DNA of 64,000 nt from the NCBI GenBank assembly GCA_965242685.1, contig OZ251487.1, positions 417,199 to 481,198 on the forward strand, in the 5' to 3' direction. Position 1 is the stretch's first letter; each line of letters begins with the position of its first letter. Below, piece after piece: positions 30,053-39,591 of the stretch. A program made the translations under genes and the position numbers. Source of the stretch: Gammaproteobacteria bacterium. Its GTDB lineage: Bacteria > Pseudomonadota > Gammaproteobacteria > UBA4575. The notes below the pieces were generated by a model, which worked only from the letters and a program-made list of their open reading frames with translations, searched no databases and had not been told where the DNA came from.

Positions 30053-32290
30053 ATGGATCTAACCGACCGCGACAAGCAAGAGATTATCCGTCATCTTGAG
30101 GCGGACCAACCGTTGCCCGACCGGTATCGGTTTTTACTGTTTGACGACAAGCGGCAGGCGGAATTGGTATGGAACGGCAAGACCAACGAAGTATGTAACG
30201 TAGTATTGCCGTTTCAAACCATAGAACACGTCGACGAGCCGCGTGTCGAGAGTCCCGATGATCTCCCTTTAATGGACGACCTATTCGCCGTAGACGCACG
30301 CGGCCGACAGCTAAAGGGCTGGGAAAACAAGCTGATATGGGGCGACAACAGGCTGGTACTGTCCAGTCTCAAGGGCGGCGCCTTACGCGAGGAAATTGAA
30401 AAGCAGGGCGGCATCAAGCTCATCTACATCGACCCGCCGTTTGATGTCGGGGCGGACTTTTCCATGGACATTGAAATCGGCGGCGGAAACTTCACCAAGG
30501 CGCCGAGCGTATTGGAGGAGATCGTCTATCGGGATACCTGGGGGCAAGGTGCGGACTCGTTCATCGCCATGTTGTACGAGCGGTTGATCTTGATGCGCGA
30601 CCTACTGGCCGAAGACGGGAGTATTTACGTCCACTGCGATTATAGGATGAACGGCTATATCCGCCTGGTGTTGGATGAAGTGTTTGGGAAGGGTGCGGGT
30701 GCTGGCTATGTAAATGAGATTGTTTGGCAGGGTGCGATTGGGGAGACATCATCTAAAAACAAAAAATTTATCAAGTCCCACGAAACCATTTATTTATACC
30801 GCAAAAGCGGAGTGCTGTGGAATGAGATATTTCAAACATATAGCGAGGCCAGCCAAAGTTTATATCGTTACTCCGATGACAAAGGGCGTTACCGAATCGG
30901 ACCGACAAATAAACCCGGTACGGGGGGCTATTTCTACGATTTAGGTTACGGGGAAATATGCCCGCAAAGGGGATATAGGATGCCGATTGAGACCGCTCTC
31001 GCTTGGATTGAAAGTGGTGAGTTGATTATTGAAAAAGGGAAAGTACCCGGACGTAAGTTGTATATGGGTGAGGGGGTCAGATGTCGTGACGTTTGGGTGG
31101 ATATAAGAGCGACGCAAGGCAATGAATATTTGCGTTACCCCACCCAAAAACCCGAAGCCCTGTTGGAACGGATCATCAAGGCATCCAGCAACGAGGGTGA
31201 TGTGGTGGCGGACTTCTTTTGCGGTTCGGGCACGTTGGCGGCGGTGGCGGAGAAGCTGGGGCGCAAATGGATCTGCGGAGACTTGGGCAAGTTTGCCGTA
31301 CACACGACCCGCAAGCGGATGATCGGCGTCCAGCGCCGGTTGAAGGCCGAGGGCAAGGACTATCGCGCCTTTGAAGTCCTGAATCTCGGCAAATATGAAC
31401 GACAGCACTACATCGGCGTCAATGCCGGCTTGCATGAAGCGGGGCGCGCGACCCAACAGACGGCGAAAGAACGTGCCTTTGTCGATCTAATTTTGCGCGC
31501 GTACAAGGCCGAGCGGGTAGACAATTTCTCATGCTTTCACGGTAAGAAACAGGGCAGGCTGGTGACCGTGGGGCCGGTTAACCTCCCAATATCCCGTCAG
31601 TTTGTCGAGGAGATCGTTCAAGAATGTAAGAAAAAACACATCACAAAGGTAGACCTGTTGGGTTTCGAGTTTGAGATGGGCCTGTTTCCGCAGCGATTGA
31701 ACGAGGCAAAAGAACAGGGCATCGACCTTGTACCCAAATACATCCCCCGCGATGTATTCGACAAACGCGCCGTGGAGAGAGACCAGGTAAGGTTCCACGA
31801 CGTGGCGTTTATCGAGATCAAAACCCACGTGAAGGACGGAACGGTAGCGGTGGAACTCACCGATTTCTCCGTCTACTACCATCAGGGTTCGGTAGAAAAT
31901 GCCGAACAAACCCTGAGAAACAGAGGCAGTAAAGTGGTGGTGAAAGCGGGGCGGGTGGTGAAGGTATCCAAGGATCAACACGGCGCGATCACCCGTGAGG
32001 TGCTGACGAAAAAGTGGACGGATTGGGTAGACTACTGGTCGGTGGACTTCGACTACGAAAGCAAACGGGAAATCATCCGCGAACGGAACCAGGCGGGCGA
32101 ATGGGTAGAACGATGGACGGGCGACTACGTGTTTGAAAACGAGTGGCAAAGCTTCCGCACCCGCCAAGATCGGTCGCTGGAATGGACCACGCCCCCGCAC
32201 AAATGCCCGCCGGGAAACTACAAGATCGCCGTCAAGGTGGTTGACGTATTCGGTAACGACACCATGACGGTGGCGGAGGTAAAGGTGTGA
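30053..32290 (+). CDS. mod: Type III restriction-modification system methyltransferase subunit (Mod), adenine-specific
   Basis: 745 aa; catalytic motif IV YIDPPFDVGADF followed by motif I FFCGSGTLAAVAEKLG (beta-class order typical of Type III Mod); variable target-recognition middle region. Confidence 0.85.
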   Translation: MDLTDRDKQEIIRHLEADQPLPDRYRFLLFDDKRQAELVWNGKTNEVCNVVLPFQTIEHVDEPRVESPDDLPLMDDLFAVDARGRQLKGWENKLIWGDNRLVLSSLKGGALREEIEKQGGIKLIYIDPPFDVGADFSMDIEIGGGNFTKAPSVLEEIVYRDTWGQGADSFIAMLYERLILMRDLLAEDGSIYVHCDYRMNGYIRLVLDEVFGKGAGAGYVNEIVWQGAIGETSSKNKKFIKSHETIYLYRKSGVLWNEIFQTYSEASQSLYRYSDDKGRYRIGPTNKPGTGGYFYDLGYGEICPQRGYRMPIETALAWIESGELIIEKGKVPGRKLYMGEGVRCRDVWVDIRATQGNEYLRYPTQKPEALLERIIKASSNEGDVVADFFCGSGTLAAVAEKLGRKWICGDLGKFAVHTTRKRMIGVQRRLKAEGKDYRAFEVLNLGKYERQHYIGVNAGLHEAGRATQQTAKERAFVDLILRAYKAERVDNFSCFHGKKQGRLVTVGPVNLPISRQFVEEIVQECKKKHITKVDLLGFEFEMGLFPQRLNEAKEQGIDLVPKYIPRDVFDKRAVERDQVRFHDVAFIEIKTHVKDGTVAVELTDFSVYYHQGSVENAEQTLRNRGSKVVVKAGRVVKVSKDQHGAITREVLTKKWTDWVDYWSVDFDYESKREIIRERNQAGEWVERWTGDYVFENEWQSFRTRQDRSLEWTTPPHKCPPGNYKIAVKVVDVFGNDTMTVAEVKV

Positions 32291-33576
32291 AAACAAACAC
32301 GATACAACAGATTGAAGAACAGGTAAATCAAGTGACAGAAGCCTTGAAGGGCTTTGTTCTTCGTCGGCATGAAGAGGATCGCTATGGCAAGGAAGATGAG
32401 TACACGGCTCAATCCTTGAAGGCTGATATAAAGGCAATCCTCACGGACATACGTGGCTTGGTAAAAGCGCATAACAAGTTCGTGAGGCTGTCGACTTTTG
32501 TAGAAAGAGATCTGATACGTGATTCTCTGCAAAATATGTCTAGTTCACTAAATTCAGAAAATTATTCTAATGCTGCCCATTATCTGGAAAAAATAAAGGA
32601 TATTATTCGCAGTTATAACGTAAGAGGTTCATCGGAATCTGAGGAAGTTCTTAAGGAGAGACTTGCTCAGATCAATAGTAAATATACGGACGCCGAAGAA
32701 AATATCGATGAGATCAAAAGGGTCAAAGAAACAGCCGAGCAACAGGCGCAGCAGCTTCAATCCATAAAAGAACAGCTTGAGTTCATTGACGGCAGAATTT
32801 ACGAGTCACGAGAAAAAGCCGATCAAATCGAAAAGTTGCAGACTCAATCTCAGAGTAATAGCGATGATATACATAGTGTCTTTACATCCGCAAAAAGTCG
32901 CGAAGAAATTATCAACAGCTTTGTTCAACGGGTTGAAGAGAGACAAAAACAGTTAGATACGCAGGAACAATCCACCGCTGCGTATCAAGAGAAGCTGGAG
33001 TCGTTTCAGGAAGCGCATGAAGAAAAACTTGAAGCAGCAGAGAAGCTGATAGAAGAGGCGCGGGCGGCTCTTGAACTTACGACTGCGGCAGGGGTCAGTG
33101 CGGCATTCACTGCACGCTACAATGAGGAAAAGGAAAGGGACCAGGAGATGTTGGATCGTTGGTTGAGAGGAGCACTTTTATTTATGAGCATCGCTATAGG
33201 AATGGGGATCTGGGTGGTATTGGGCAATAAGGATATCGGGCTTGGCCTGGCGATATCTCGCATAACCATTATACCGGTCGTACTTTCCGGTGCCTGGTTT
33301 TGTGCCGCACAATATGTGAGGTATCGGAACATACGAGAGGACTATGGCTATAAAGCCGTTTTGTCCAAGTCCATGATAGCTTTCATGGATCACTTGCCTG
33401 AAGATGTAAAAAGGGATTATCTGAATACGGTTCTGAAGGAAATCCACAAGAATCCTCTGCGTAAAAGATACGATGATTCAGATAGGAAAAATATTAGGAC
33501 ACCAGACGATGCGCGGGTAGGCACTTCCGGGTCATCAGATGATTCAGATAGAAAAAATACTGGGGCATCAGATTAA
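32287..33576 (+). CDS. Coiled-coil protein with two C-terminal transmembrane helices, inserted between mod and res (possible accessory defense/abortive-infection effector)
   Basis: 429 aa; about 280 aa heptad-rich charged N-region (EEQ.., KEQLEFIDGRIYESREKADQIEKLQ), then LLFMSIAIGMGIWVVLG and ITIIPVVLSGAWFCAAQYV hydrophobic helices; start overlaps mod stop (GTGTGA); C-terminal DDSDRKN motif duplicated. Confidence 0.6.
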   Translation: MKTNTIQQIEEQVNQVTEALKGFVLRRHEEDRYGKEDEYTAQSLKADIKAILTDIRGLVKAHNKFVRLSTFVERDLIRDSLQNMSSSLNSENYSNAAHYLEKIKDIIRSYNVRGSSESEEVLKERLAQINSKYTDAEENIDEIKRVKETAEQQAQQLQSIKEQLEFIDGRIYESREKADQIEKLQTQSQSNSDDIHSVFTSAKSREEIINSFVQRVEERQKQLDTQEQSTAAYQEKLESFQEAHEEKLEAAEKLIEEARAALELTTAAGVSAAFTARYNEEKERDQEMLDRWLRGALLFMSIAIGMGIWVVLGNKDIGLGLAISRITIIPVVLSGAWFCAAQYVRYRNIREDYGYKAVLSKSMIAFMDHLPEDVKRDYLNTVLKEIHKNPLRKRYDDSDRKNIRTPDDARVGTSGSSDDSDRKNTGASD

Positions 33577-33706
33577 TCCCTTTCTACCCATCAGTACCAG
33601 GACGTTGACTTATCGGCAGATAGAGGAAGTGGTAAAGAAACAAACCGATGATCCGATCATTTATGCAGGTATCCCGCCGGTCACCTTGCTAAAATAGTGT
33701 TTTCCG

Positions 33707-36376
33707 ATGGCGCTCCACCCCAAATTTCCTGATTCTCCCCACGCCGTTCTCGATCCTGAAGTTCGCTGGTTTCCCGCCGATGAGACGGTGCGCGAGCAGA
33801 CGATGGACAAGTTGATGCCGCCACTGGTGGCGGAACTGCGGCGCAAGGTAAAGGAATTTCGAGACGCCGGCTATGCGGGCGCAAGCAATACCGGCAGGAG
33901 CTTGTTGAATTGGTGGTTCAAGGAATCGCACCCACAGCCACAATCGGACGGCGGCACGACGGAGTTTCGGTATTACTTCGCCCAGCGCGAGGCTATGGAG
34001 ACCATCATTTATCTGTATGAGGTGGCCGGGGCGAAGGATAAGTTTGACTTGATGCGCTTCGATTCCATCGGGCTGGTATCCACCGGCATGTTTGACGAGA
34101 CCTGGCGGCGTTACGTGATCAAGATGGCGACCGGCACCGGCAAGACTAAGATCATGAGTTTGGTGTTGGCGTGGAGCTTCTTCCACAAACTGTACGAAGA
34201 AGGCTCAAGCCTGTCGCGCAATTTTCTGATGATTGCTCCGAACATCATCGTGTTGGACCGCCTCTACAAAGATTTTCAGGGTTTGCGGATCTTCTATGAT
34301 GATCCGGTGATGCCCGACAACGGCTATGGAGGACAAAACTGGCGGGATGACTTTCAGCTAACGTTGCATTTGCAGGACGAGGTACAGGTGACGCACCCCG
34401 TGGGAAACATCTTTTTGACTAATGTCCATCGGGTTTATTGCGGCGAGGATATCCCGCCTTCGCCGGGAGACGAGAACACGATGGATTATTTTCTCGGCAC
34501 TCGTCCCGTCGGTGCGACCACCGATTCTAAAATAGACTTGGGAATGATCGTGCGCGACATTGACGAGTTGATGATCCTAAACGATGAGGCGCACCATATC
34601 CACGACGCGAAGCTCGCCTGGTTCAAGTCGGTTGAAGACATCCATAACCGGCTGCTGCAAAAGGGCGGCGAGTTGAGCTTGCAGGTGGACGTGACCGCAA
34701 CGCCGAAACACAATAACGGCGCGATCTTTGTGCAAACGATAGCGGATTACCCGTTGGTGGAGGCGATCTCTCAGAACGTGGTCAAACATCCGGTGTTGCC
34801 GGATGCGCCAAGTCAGGCAAGGTTGGAGGAAAGACAGAGCACAAAATTCACCGAGAAATACGCCGATTATCTTGATTTGGGCGTGACTGAGTGGCGCAAG
34901 GCTTACGGTGAACATGAGAAGCTCGGCAAGAAAGCGATCCTGTTCGTGATGACGGATGACACGAAAAATTGTGATGAAGTTGCCGGGTATTTGGAGAGTC
35001 ACTATCCCGATTTGCAAGACGCGGTATTGACCATTCATACCAAGAACAACGGCGAGATTTCCGAAGTGTCTCACGGCAAGAAGAAAGAAGAGCTTGAGGA
35101 ACTTCGCAAACAGGCCAACGAGATTGATTCACTGAAGAATCCTTACAAGGCCATCGTGTCGGTGCTGATGCTCAAGGAGGGCTGGGACGTGCGCAACGTC
35201 ACTACTATCGTCGGCCTGCGGGCGTATTCGGCCAAGAGCAATATCCTACCGGAGCAGACGCTTGGCAGGGGGCTGCGCAAGATGTATCGGAATGACACTG
35301 AGGAGAAAGTGAGTGTGGTCGGTACCGATGCCTTCATGGAGTTTGTGGAAGGCATACAGGCGGAAGGGGTGGAACTGGAGCGCGAGGCTATGGGAGAAGG
35401 CACTAAGCCCAAGGCGCCGCTGGTGATAGAGGTTGATAGTGAAAAGGATCTGGATGCGCTGGATATTGAAATTCCGGTACTGACGCCTCGTTTATATCGG
35501 GAGTACAAAAACCTGGCCGATCTGAACCTTGAAACAATGGAGTTTAAAATGCTGGAATATCGGCAGTTTAACGAAGAACAGCAGCGCGAGATCGTCTTCA
35601 GGGACGTGACTACGGGCGAGGTGACGCATATCACCGTGCTGGACAGCGCGGGGGTGGGCGATTACCGCAGCGTCATCGGCTATTTTGCGCAGACCATGAT
35701 GAGGGAGCTACGACTGGTAAGTGGCTATGATGCTTTATACGGCAAGGTCAAGGCGTTTATTCGGGATCACCTGTTCGGCAAAACGGTTGCGCTGGAATCT
35801 GCCAATACGTTGAGAAATTTGTCGGAGATGGTAGCCACCAAGACGGTGCTTGAGACTTTCAAAAAGGCGATCAATCACCTGATGGTACGGGAAAGGGAGG
35901 GTGCGGAGATTCATGATTCCATCAAGCTACGCCAGATGCGCCCGTTCGTGATAAAAGAGCGACAGTATTTATCTCCCCGCAAGAGTGTATTTAACCGGAT
36001 TGTCGGCGACAGTCGGCTTGAACTGGAGTTTGCCAAGTTTTTGGAGCGATGCAATGACGTATCCGCGTATGCCAAAAATTATCTGGCGGTTCACTTCAAG
36101 CTGGATTACGTAAATGCGAGTGGCGAACTTACCAATTATTACCCTGATTTTGTCGTCAAGCTGACCGATGGCCGCATGGTCGTCGTCGAGACCAAAGGGC
36201 GCGAAGGACTGGACGTACCGCGAAAAGTGGCACGCTTGAGGCGGTGGTGTGAAGACGTCAACGCGGTGCAGGACGTGACATGGAGTTTCGTCTACGTGGA
36301 TGAGGAAGGGTTTCACAAGTATTCACCCAAGTCTTTCGCGGGACTTTTGGCCGGTTTTCGGGAGTATAAAGGGTGA
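33707..36376 (+). CDS. res: Type III restriction endonuclease subunit (Res), SF2 helicase plus PD-(D/E)xK nuclease
   Basis: 889 aa; helicase motif I MATGTGKTKIM, motif II LNDEAHHI (DEAH), motif VI region; C-terminal nuclease motif YPDFVVKLTDGRMVVVETKGRE. Confidence 0.85.
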   Translation: MALHPKFPDSPHAVLDPEVRWFPADETVREQTMDKLMPPLVAELRRKVKEFRDAGYAGASNTGRSLLNWWFKESHPQPQSDGGTTEFRYYFAQREAMETIIYLYEVAGAKDKFDLMRFDSIGLVSTGMFDETWRRYVIKMATGTGKTKIMSLVLAWSFFHKLYEEGSSLSRNFLMIAPNIIVLDRLYKDFQGLRIFYDDPVMPDNGYGGQNWRDDFQLTLHLQDEVQVTHPVGNIFLTNVHRVYCGEDIPPSPGDENTMDYFLGTRPVGATTDSKIDLGMIVRDIDELMILNDEAHHIHDAKLAWFKSVEDIHNRLLQKGGELSLQVDVTATPKHNNGAIFVQTIADYPLVEAISQNVVKHPVLPDAPSQARLEERQSTKFTEKYADYLDLGVTEWRKAYGEHEKLGKKAILFVMTDDTKNCDEVAGYLESHYPDLQDAVLTIHTKNNGEISEVSHGKKKEELEELRKQANEIDSLKNPYKAIVSVLMLKEGWDVRNVTTIVGLRAYSAKSNILPEQTLGRGLRKMYRNDTEEKVSVVGTDAFMEFVEGIQAEGVELEREAMGEGTKPKAPLVIEVDSEKDLDALDIEIPVLTPRLYREYKNLADLNLETMEFKMLEYRQFNEEQQREIVFRDVTTGEVTHITVLDSAGVGDYRSVIGYFAQTMMRELRLVSGYDALYGKVKAFIRDHLFGKTVALESANTLRNLSEMVATKTVLETFKKAINHLMVREREGAEIHDSIKLRQMRPFVIKERQYLSPRKSVFNRIVGDSRLELEFAKFLERCNDVSAYAKNYLAVHFKLDYVNASGELTNYYPDFVVKLTDGRMVVVETKGREGLDVPRKVARLRRWCEDVNAVQDVTWSFVYVDEEGFHKYSPKSFAGLLAGFREYKG

Positions 36377-36464
36377 GGATGCCATACGATACGAGATGCC
36401 CCGCAAGCCAACATGAGCCGGCCATATTTAGAGGTGATATGATGGCGGCTACGGAAATAAAAAA

Positions 36465-37802
36465 ATGAATATCAAAAAACTGATCGTTGAGGATGTCCGC
36501 TGCTTTGCGGGCAGACAGGAACTTGAGATACGCCCCATCACTTTTCTAGTGGGTGAAAACAGTACCGGAAAGTCTACCGCCCTCGCTTGTTTGCAGACGC
36601 TGCTGGACATTATTAGTTTCCCGACTAATTTCCCGAGTAGGTTCCCGATTAGGTTCCCGTATGCCGACCTGGATTTCAATAATGAGCCTTATAATTTGGG
36701 GGCATTTGCCGATATTGTCAGGGTCTCAAGACCAAGGAAAGAGAGTTTTCGGTTGGGCGCTGAACTATTTCACGAGAAAGAAACTTTGGAATATTCTTTA
36801 ACTGTAACGGAAAGAGACGAAGGTTCTGAACCCATTATCCAGGAAATGAGGATGCTTTTTACCGATGGCAACGAAATTGTTCTCAAAAAAGATGATCGGC
36901 AAGTAAAAAATCAATCCAATAAAAGAAATTTTCAAATCCAGCATGTAGAAGGAGGTAAGAAAAAGTTTGTTATTATTCCACTAGGCTCACCTACTGTGAT
37001 GAGAGGTCTATTTATGGACTTATTTTATAGGGGATATAATGAGCAGGCTCTGACGTCAGAAGAAGAGGAACTACGTAATTTTTTGCAAAAGTACCGAACA
37101 GTACTTTCCTCTCGAAATTCTCCTAAGGCGCATAGTTTTGCACCGATTCGTTCCAAGCCGCAGCGTACGTATGACCCCATTAAAGAGGGTATCAGCCCTG
37201 AAGGCAGTGAAATGCCTATGGTGCTGATGAATATATCCGGAACGGGAGAGAAGCAATGGGGCACACTGAAAAAAAGACTGATCAGGTTTGGTAAATCTTC
37301 AGGCCTGTTTACGGATATCTATGTCAGAAAACTTGGAAAATCAAGCGACCCGTTCCAGCTACAGATCAAGGTCAGGGGGCCAAAGGTCAATCTTATAGAT
37401 GTGGGGTACGGCGTCAATCAAATCCTGCCTATTTTGGTACGTATATTTAACACTGAGAGAGAAGGTACAACTTTTTTAATGCAGCAACCGGAAGTGCATC
37501 TGCATCCCAAGGGTCAGGCGGAATTGTCTTCCCTATTGATCGAGATTGCTAAACAGCAGAAACAAAATTTTGTTATCGAGACGCACAGCGATTACATGGT
37601 TGACCGTGCGCGTATTGACATCAGGGACGGGAAAATACCGCCGGATGATGTCTCATTGATTTACTTTGAACCTTGCGGGGGATATGTCAAAGTGCACAAT
37701 ATCAAGTTTGATGAGCAGGGGAATTTAGAGGGTGCCCCGAACACCTTCCGACAGTTTTTTCTTGATGAGTCGGACAGATTTCTCGGGCTTGATGAAAGTT
37801 AG
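36465..37802 (+). CDS. AAA15/ABC-type ATPase (OLD/AbiEii-like ATP-binding protein)
   Basis: 445 aa; Walker A LVGENSTGKST; ABC-like Walker B/D-loop QQPEVHLHP and H-loop IIETHSDY; AT-rich. Confidence 0.8.
   Translation: MNIKKLIVEDVRCFAGRQELEIRPITFLVGENSTGKSTALACLQTLLDIISFPTNFPSRFPIRFPYADLDFNNEPYNLGAFADIVRVSRPRKESFRLGAELFHEKETLEYSLTVTERDEGSEPIIQEMRMLFTDGNEIVLKKDDRQVKNQSNKRNFQIQHVEGGKKKFVIIPLGSPTVMRGLFMDLFYRGYNEQALTSEEEELRNFLQKYRTVLSSRNSPKAHSFAPIRSKPQRTYDPIKEGISPEGSEMPMVLMNISGTGEKQWGTLKKRLIRFGKSSGLFTDIYVRKLGKSSDPFQLQIKVRGPKVNLIDVGYGVNQILPILVRIFNTEREGTTFLMQQPEVHLHPKGQAELSSLLIEIAKQQKQNFVIETHSDYMVDRARIDIRDGKIPPDDVSLIYFEPCGGYVKVHNIKFDEQGNLEGAPNTFRQFFLDESDRFLGLDES
36618..36665 (+). repeat. Tandem 12-nt repeat x4 inside ATPase gene (ttcccgactaat / ttcccgagtagg / ttcccgattagg / ttcccgtatgcc) encoding FPTN-FPSR-FPIR-FPYA
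   Basis: Directly visible in sequence; in-frame, preserves reading frame. Confidence 0.8.
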
Positions 37803-37805
37803 GCC

Positions 37806-38225
37806 ATGTGCATCATCCTGGATACCAACCTGTATGGAGCTTTTATTAATTCGAATAATGAAGACATGCAACCAGTGAGAGATTGGATGAATCGCAAAAA
37901 TGGAAAAATCGCTTATTCTCCGGTGGGGAAAATTGCGGAAGAACTAAAGGGGAAGATGAAGGGCAAGTTTGAGGTATATGAAAAGGCTGGAAAACTCAAA
38001 AGGTTTTCTAAGGAGGATGTAGAGCGAAAAAAAGAAGGATTGGAAGGTTTGATATCCGATGATCCGGATATCATAGCACTGGCTCAAGTCTCCAACGTTA
38101 AAGTATTGGTTTCAAGGGACAAAAAGTTACATAAAGATTTCACAAACACAAACATCATCGAGCAAGGAAAGATTTATCAAACGAAGAGGCATGAGCATCT
38201 TCTCAGAAAGGATACATGCCCGTAA
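37806..38225 (+). CDS. Small PIN-domain-like putative nuclease, translationally coupled to the upstream ATPase
   Basis: 139 aa; N-terminal ILDTN (first PIN acidic residue), SDDPDIIALAQ (PIN D-x-I-A motif), VLVSRDKKL (fourth acidic position); starts 4 nt after ATPase stop. Confidence 0.55.
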   Translation: MCIILDTNLYGAFINSNNEDMQPVRDWMNRKNGKIAYSPVGKIAEELKGKMKGKFEVYEKAGKLKRFSKEDVERKKEGLEGLISDDPDIIALAQVSNVKVLVSRDKKLHKDFTNTNIIEQGKIYQTKRHEHLLRKDTCP

Positions 38226-38290
38226 ATCCAACCGTTTGAGACTTTAAAGCAAAAACAGCAAGGCAGGCCGCAAGCCCCACTACTAAAACA

Positions 38291-39565
38291 TCATTCCGCC
38301 TGTTTCAAGGCCTGTTCAATGTCTTCCAGGATGTCGTCGATGTGTTCTATGCCGATGGACAGTCTGACCAGATCCTCGCTGACGCCGGCCGCGGCTTGTT
38401 CTTCCTTTGACAGTTGCCGGTGGGTCGTGGTGGCGGGGTGACAGGCCAGCGACTTGGCGTCGCCGATGTTTACGAGTCTGACTACCAGTTTGAGTGCGTC
38501 GATGAATTTCGTGCCGGCTTCCAGGCCGCCTTTGATGCCGAAACTGAGGATGCCCGAGGCGCGGCCATCAAAGTATTTTTGCACCAGGTGATGGTCTTCG
38601 TGCGTGGGCAGTCCGGCATAGCTTACCCAGGTTACGTTGGGATGCTTTTCCAGATATTGCGCGACGGCCAGCGCGTTTTCGCAGTGGCGGTCCATGCGTA
38701 CCGGCAGGCTTTCTATGCCTTGCAGGCTCAGGAAGCTGTTGAAGGGGGAAATCGCCGATCCCATGTTGCGCAGCGGCACGACGCGCACGCGCCCGATGTA
38801 GGCGGCCTTGCCCAGGGCCTCGGTGTAGACCACGCCGTGGTAAGAGGGATCGGGTTCGTTGAGCATCGGAAAGCGTTCCTTGTGCTCGCCCCAGGGGAAG
38901 TTGCCGGAATCGACTACGATCCCGCCGATGGAAGTGCCGTGTCCGCCCATGTATTTGGTGAGTGAATGTACGGCGATGTCCGCACCGAATTTGAATGGCC
39001 GGCACAGGTAGGGGGTGGGCACCGTGTTGTCGACGATGACGGGTACGCCGTGGTGATGGGCGACTTCAACGGTTTTTTCGAGGTCGATCACGTTGCCCGC
39101 CGGATTGCCCAGTGATTCGCAGAATACGGCCTTGGTGCGGTCATTGATGGCCGCCTCCATAGCGTCCGCGTCGCGGTAGTCTACAAAGCGTACTTCAATT
39201 CCCAGCTTGGGAAGGGTGTGGGCAAAGAAGTTGTAGGTGCCGCCGTACAGGGTGGCGACCGAAACGATGTTATCCCCCTGTTCGGCGATGGCGAAAATCG
39301 AATATGCGATGGCGGCCATGCCGGAGGACAGGCCCAATGCCCCCACGCCGCCTTCCATCGCCGCCACGCGCTGTTCCAGCACCGCGGTGGTGGGATTCAT
39401 GATGCGCGTGTAGATGTTGCCTTCCACTTTTAGGTCGAACAGGTCGGCGCCGTGTTGAGTATTGTCGAATGCGTAGGAAGACGTTTGGTAAATGGGGACG
39501 GCGACGGCCTTGGTCGTGGGTTCCGGCGTATAGCCGCCGTGTATGGCAAGCGTTTCTGTTTTCAT
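38291..39565 (-). CDS. metY: O-acetylhomoserine aminocarboxypropyltransferase / sulfhydrylase (PLP-dependent)
   Basis: 424 aa; N-terminus TLAIHGGYTPEPTTKAVAVPIYQTSSY and PLP-lysine region typical of MetY/Cys-Met metabolism enzymes. Confidence 0.9.
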   Translation of the reverse strand: MKTETLAIHGGYTPEPTTKAVAVPIYQTSSYAFDNTQHGADLFDLKVEGNIYTRIMNPTTAVLEQRVAAMEGGVGALGLSSGMAAIAYSIFAIAEQGDNIVSVATLYGGTYNFFAHTLPKLGIEVRFVDYRDADAMEAAINDRTKAVFCESLGNPAGNVIDLEKTVEVAHHHGVPVIVDNTVPTPYLCRPFKFGADIAVHSLTKYMGGHGTSIGGIVVDSGNFPWGEHKERFPMLNEPDPSYHGVVYTEALGKAAYIGRVRVVPLRNMGSAISPFNSFLSLQGIESLPVRMDRHCENALAVAQYLEKHPNVTWVSYAGLPTHEDHHLVQKYFDGRASGILSFGIKGGLEAGTKFIDALKLVVRLVNIGDAKSLACHPATTTHRQLSKEEQAAAGVSEDLVRLSIGIEHIDDILEDIEQALKQAE

Positions 39566-39591
39566 CGTTTCACCTCGTTGTCTTGTCGTCT

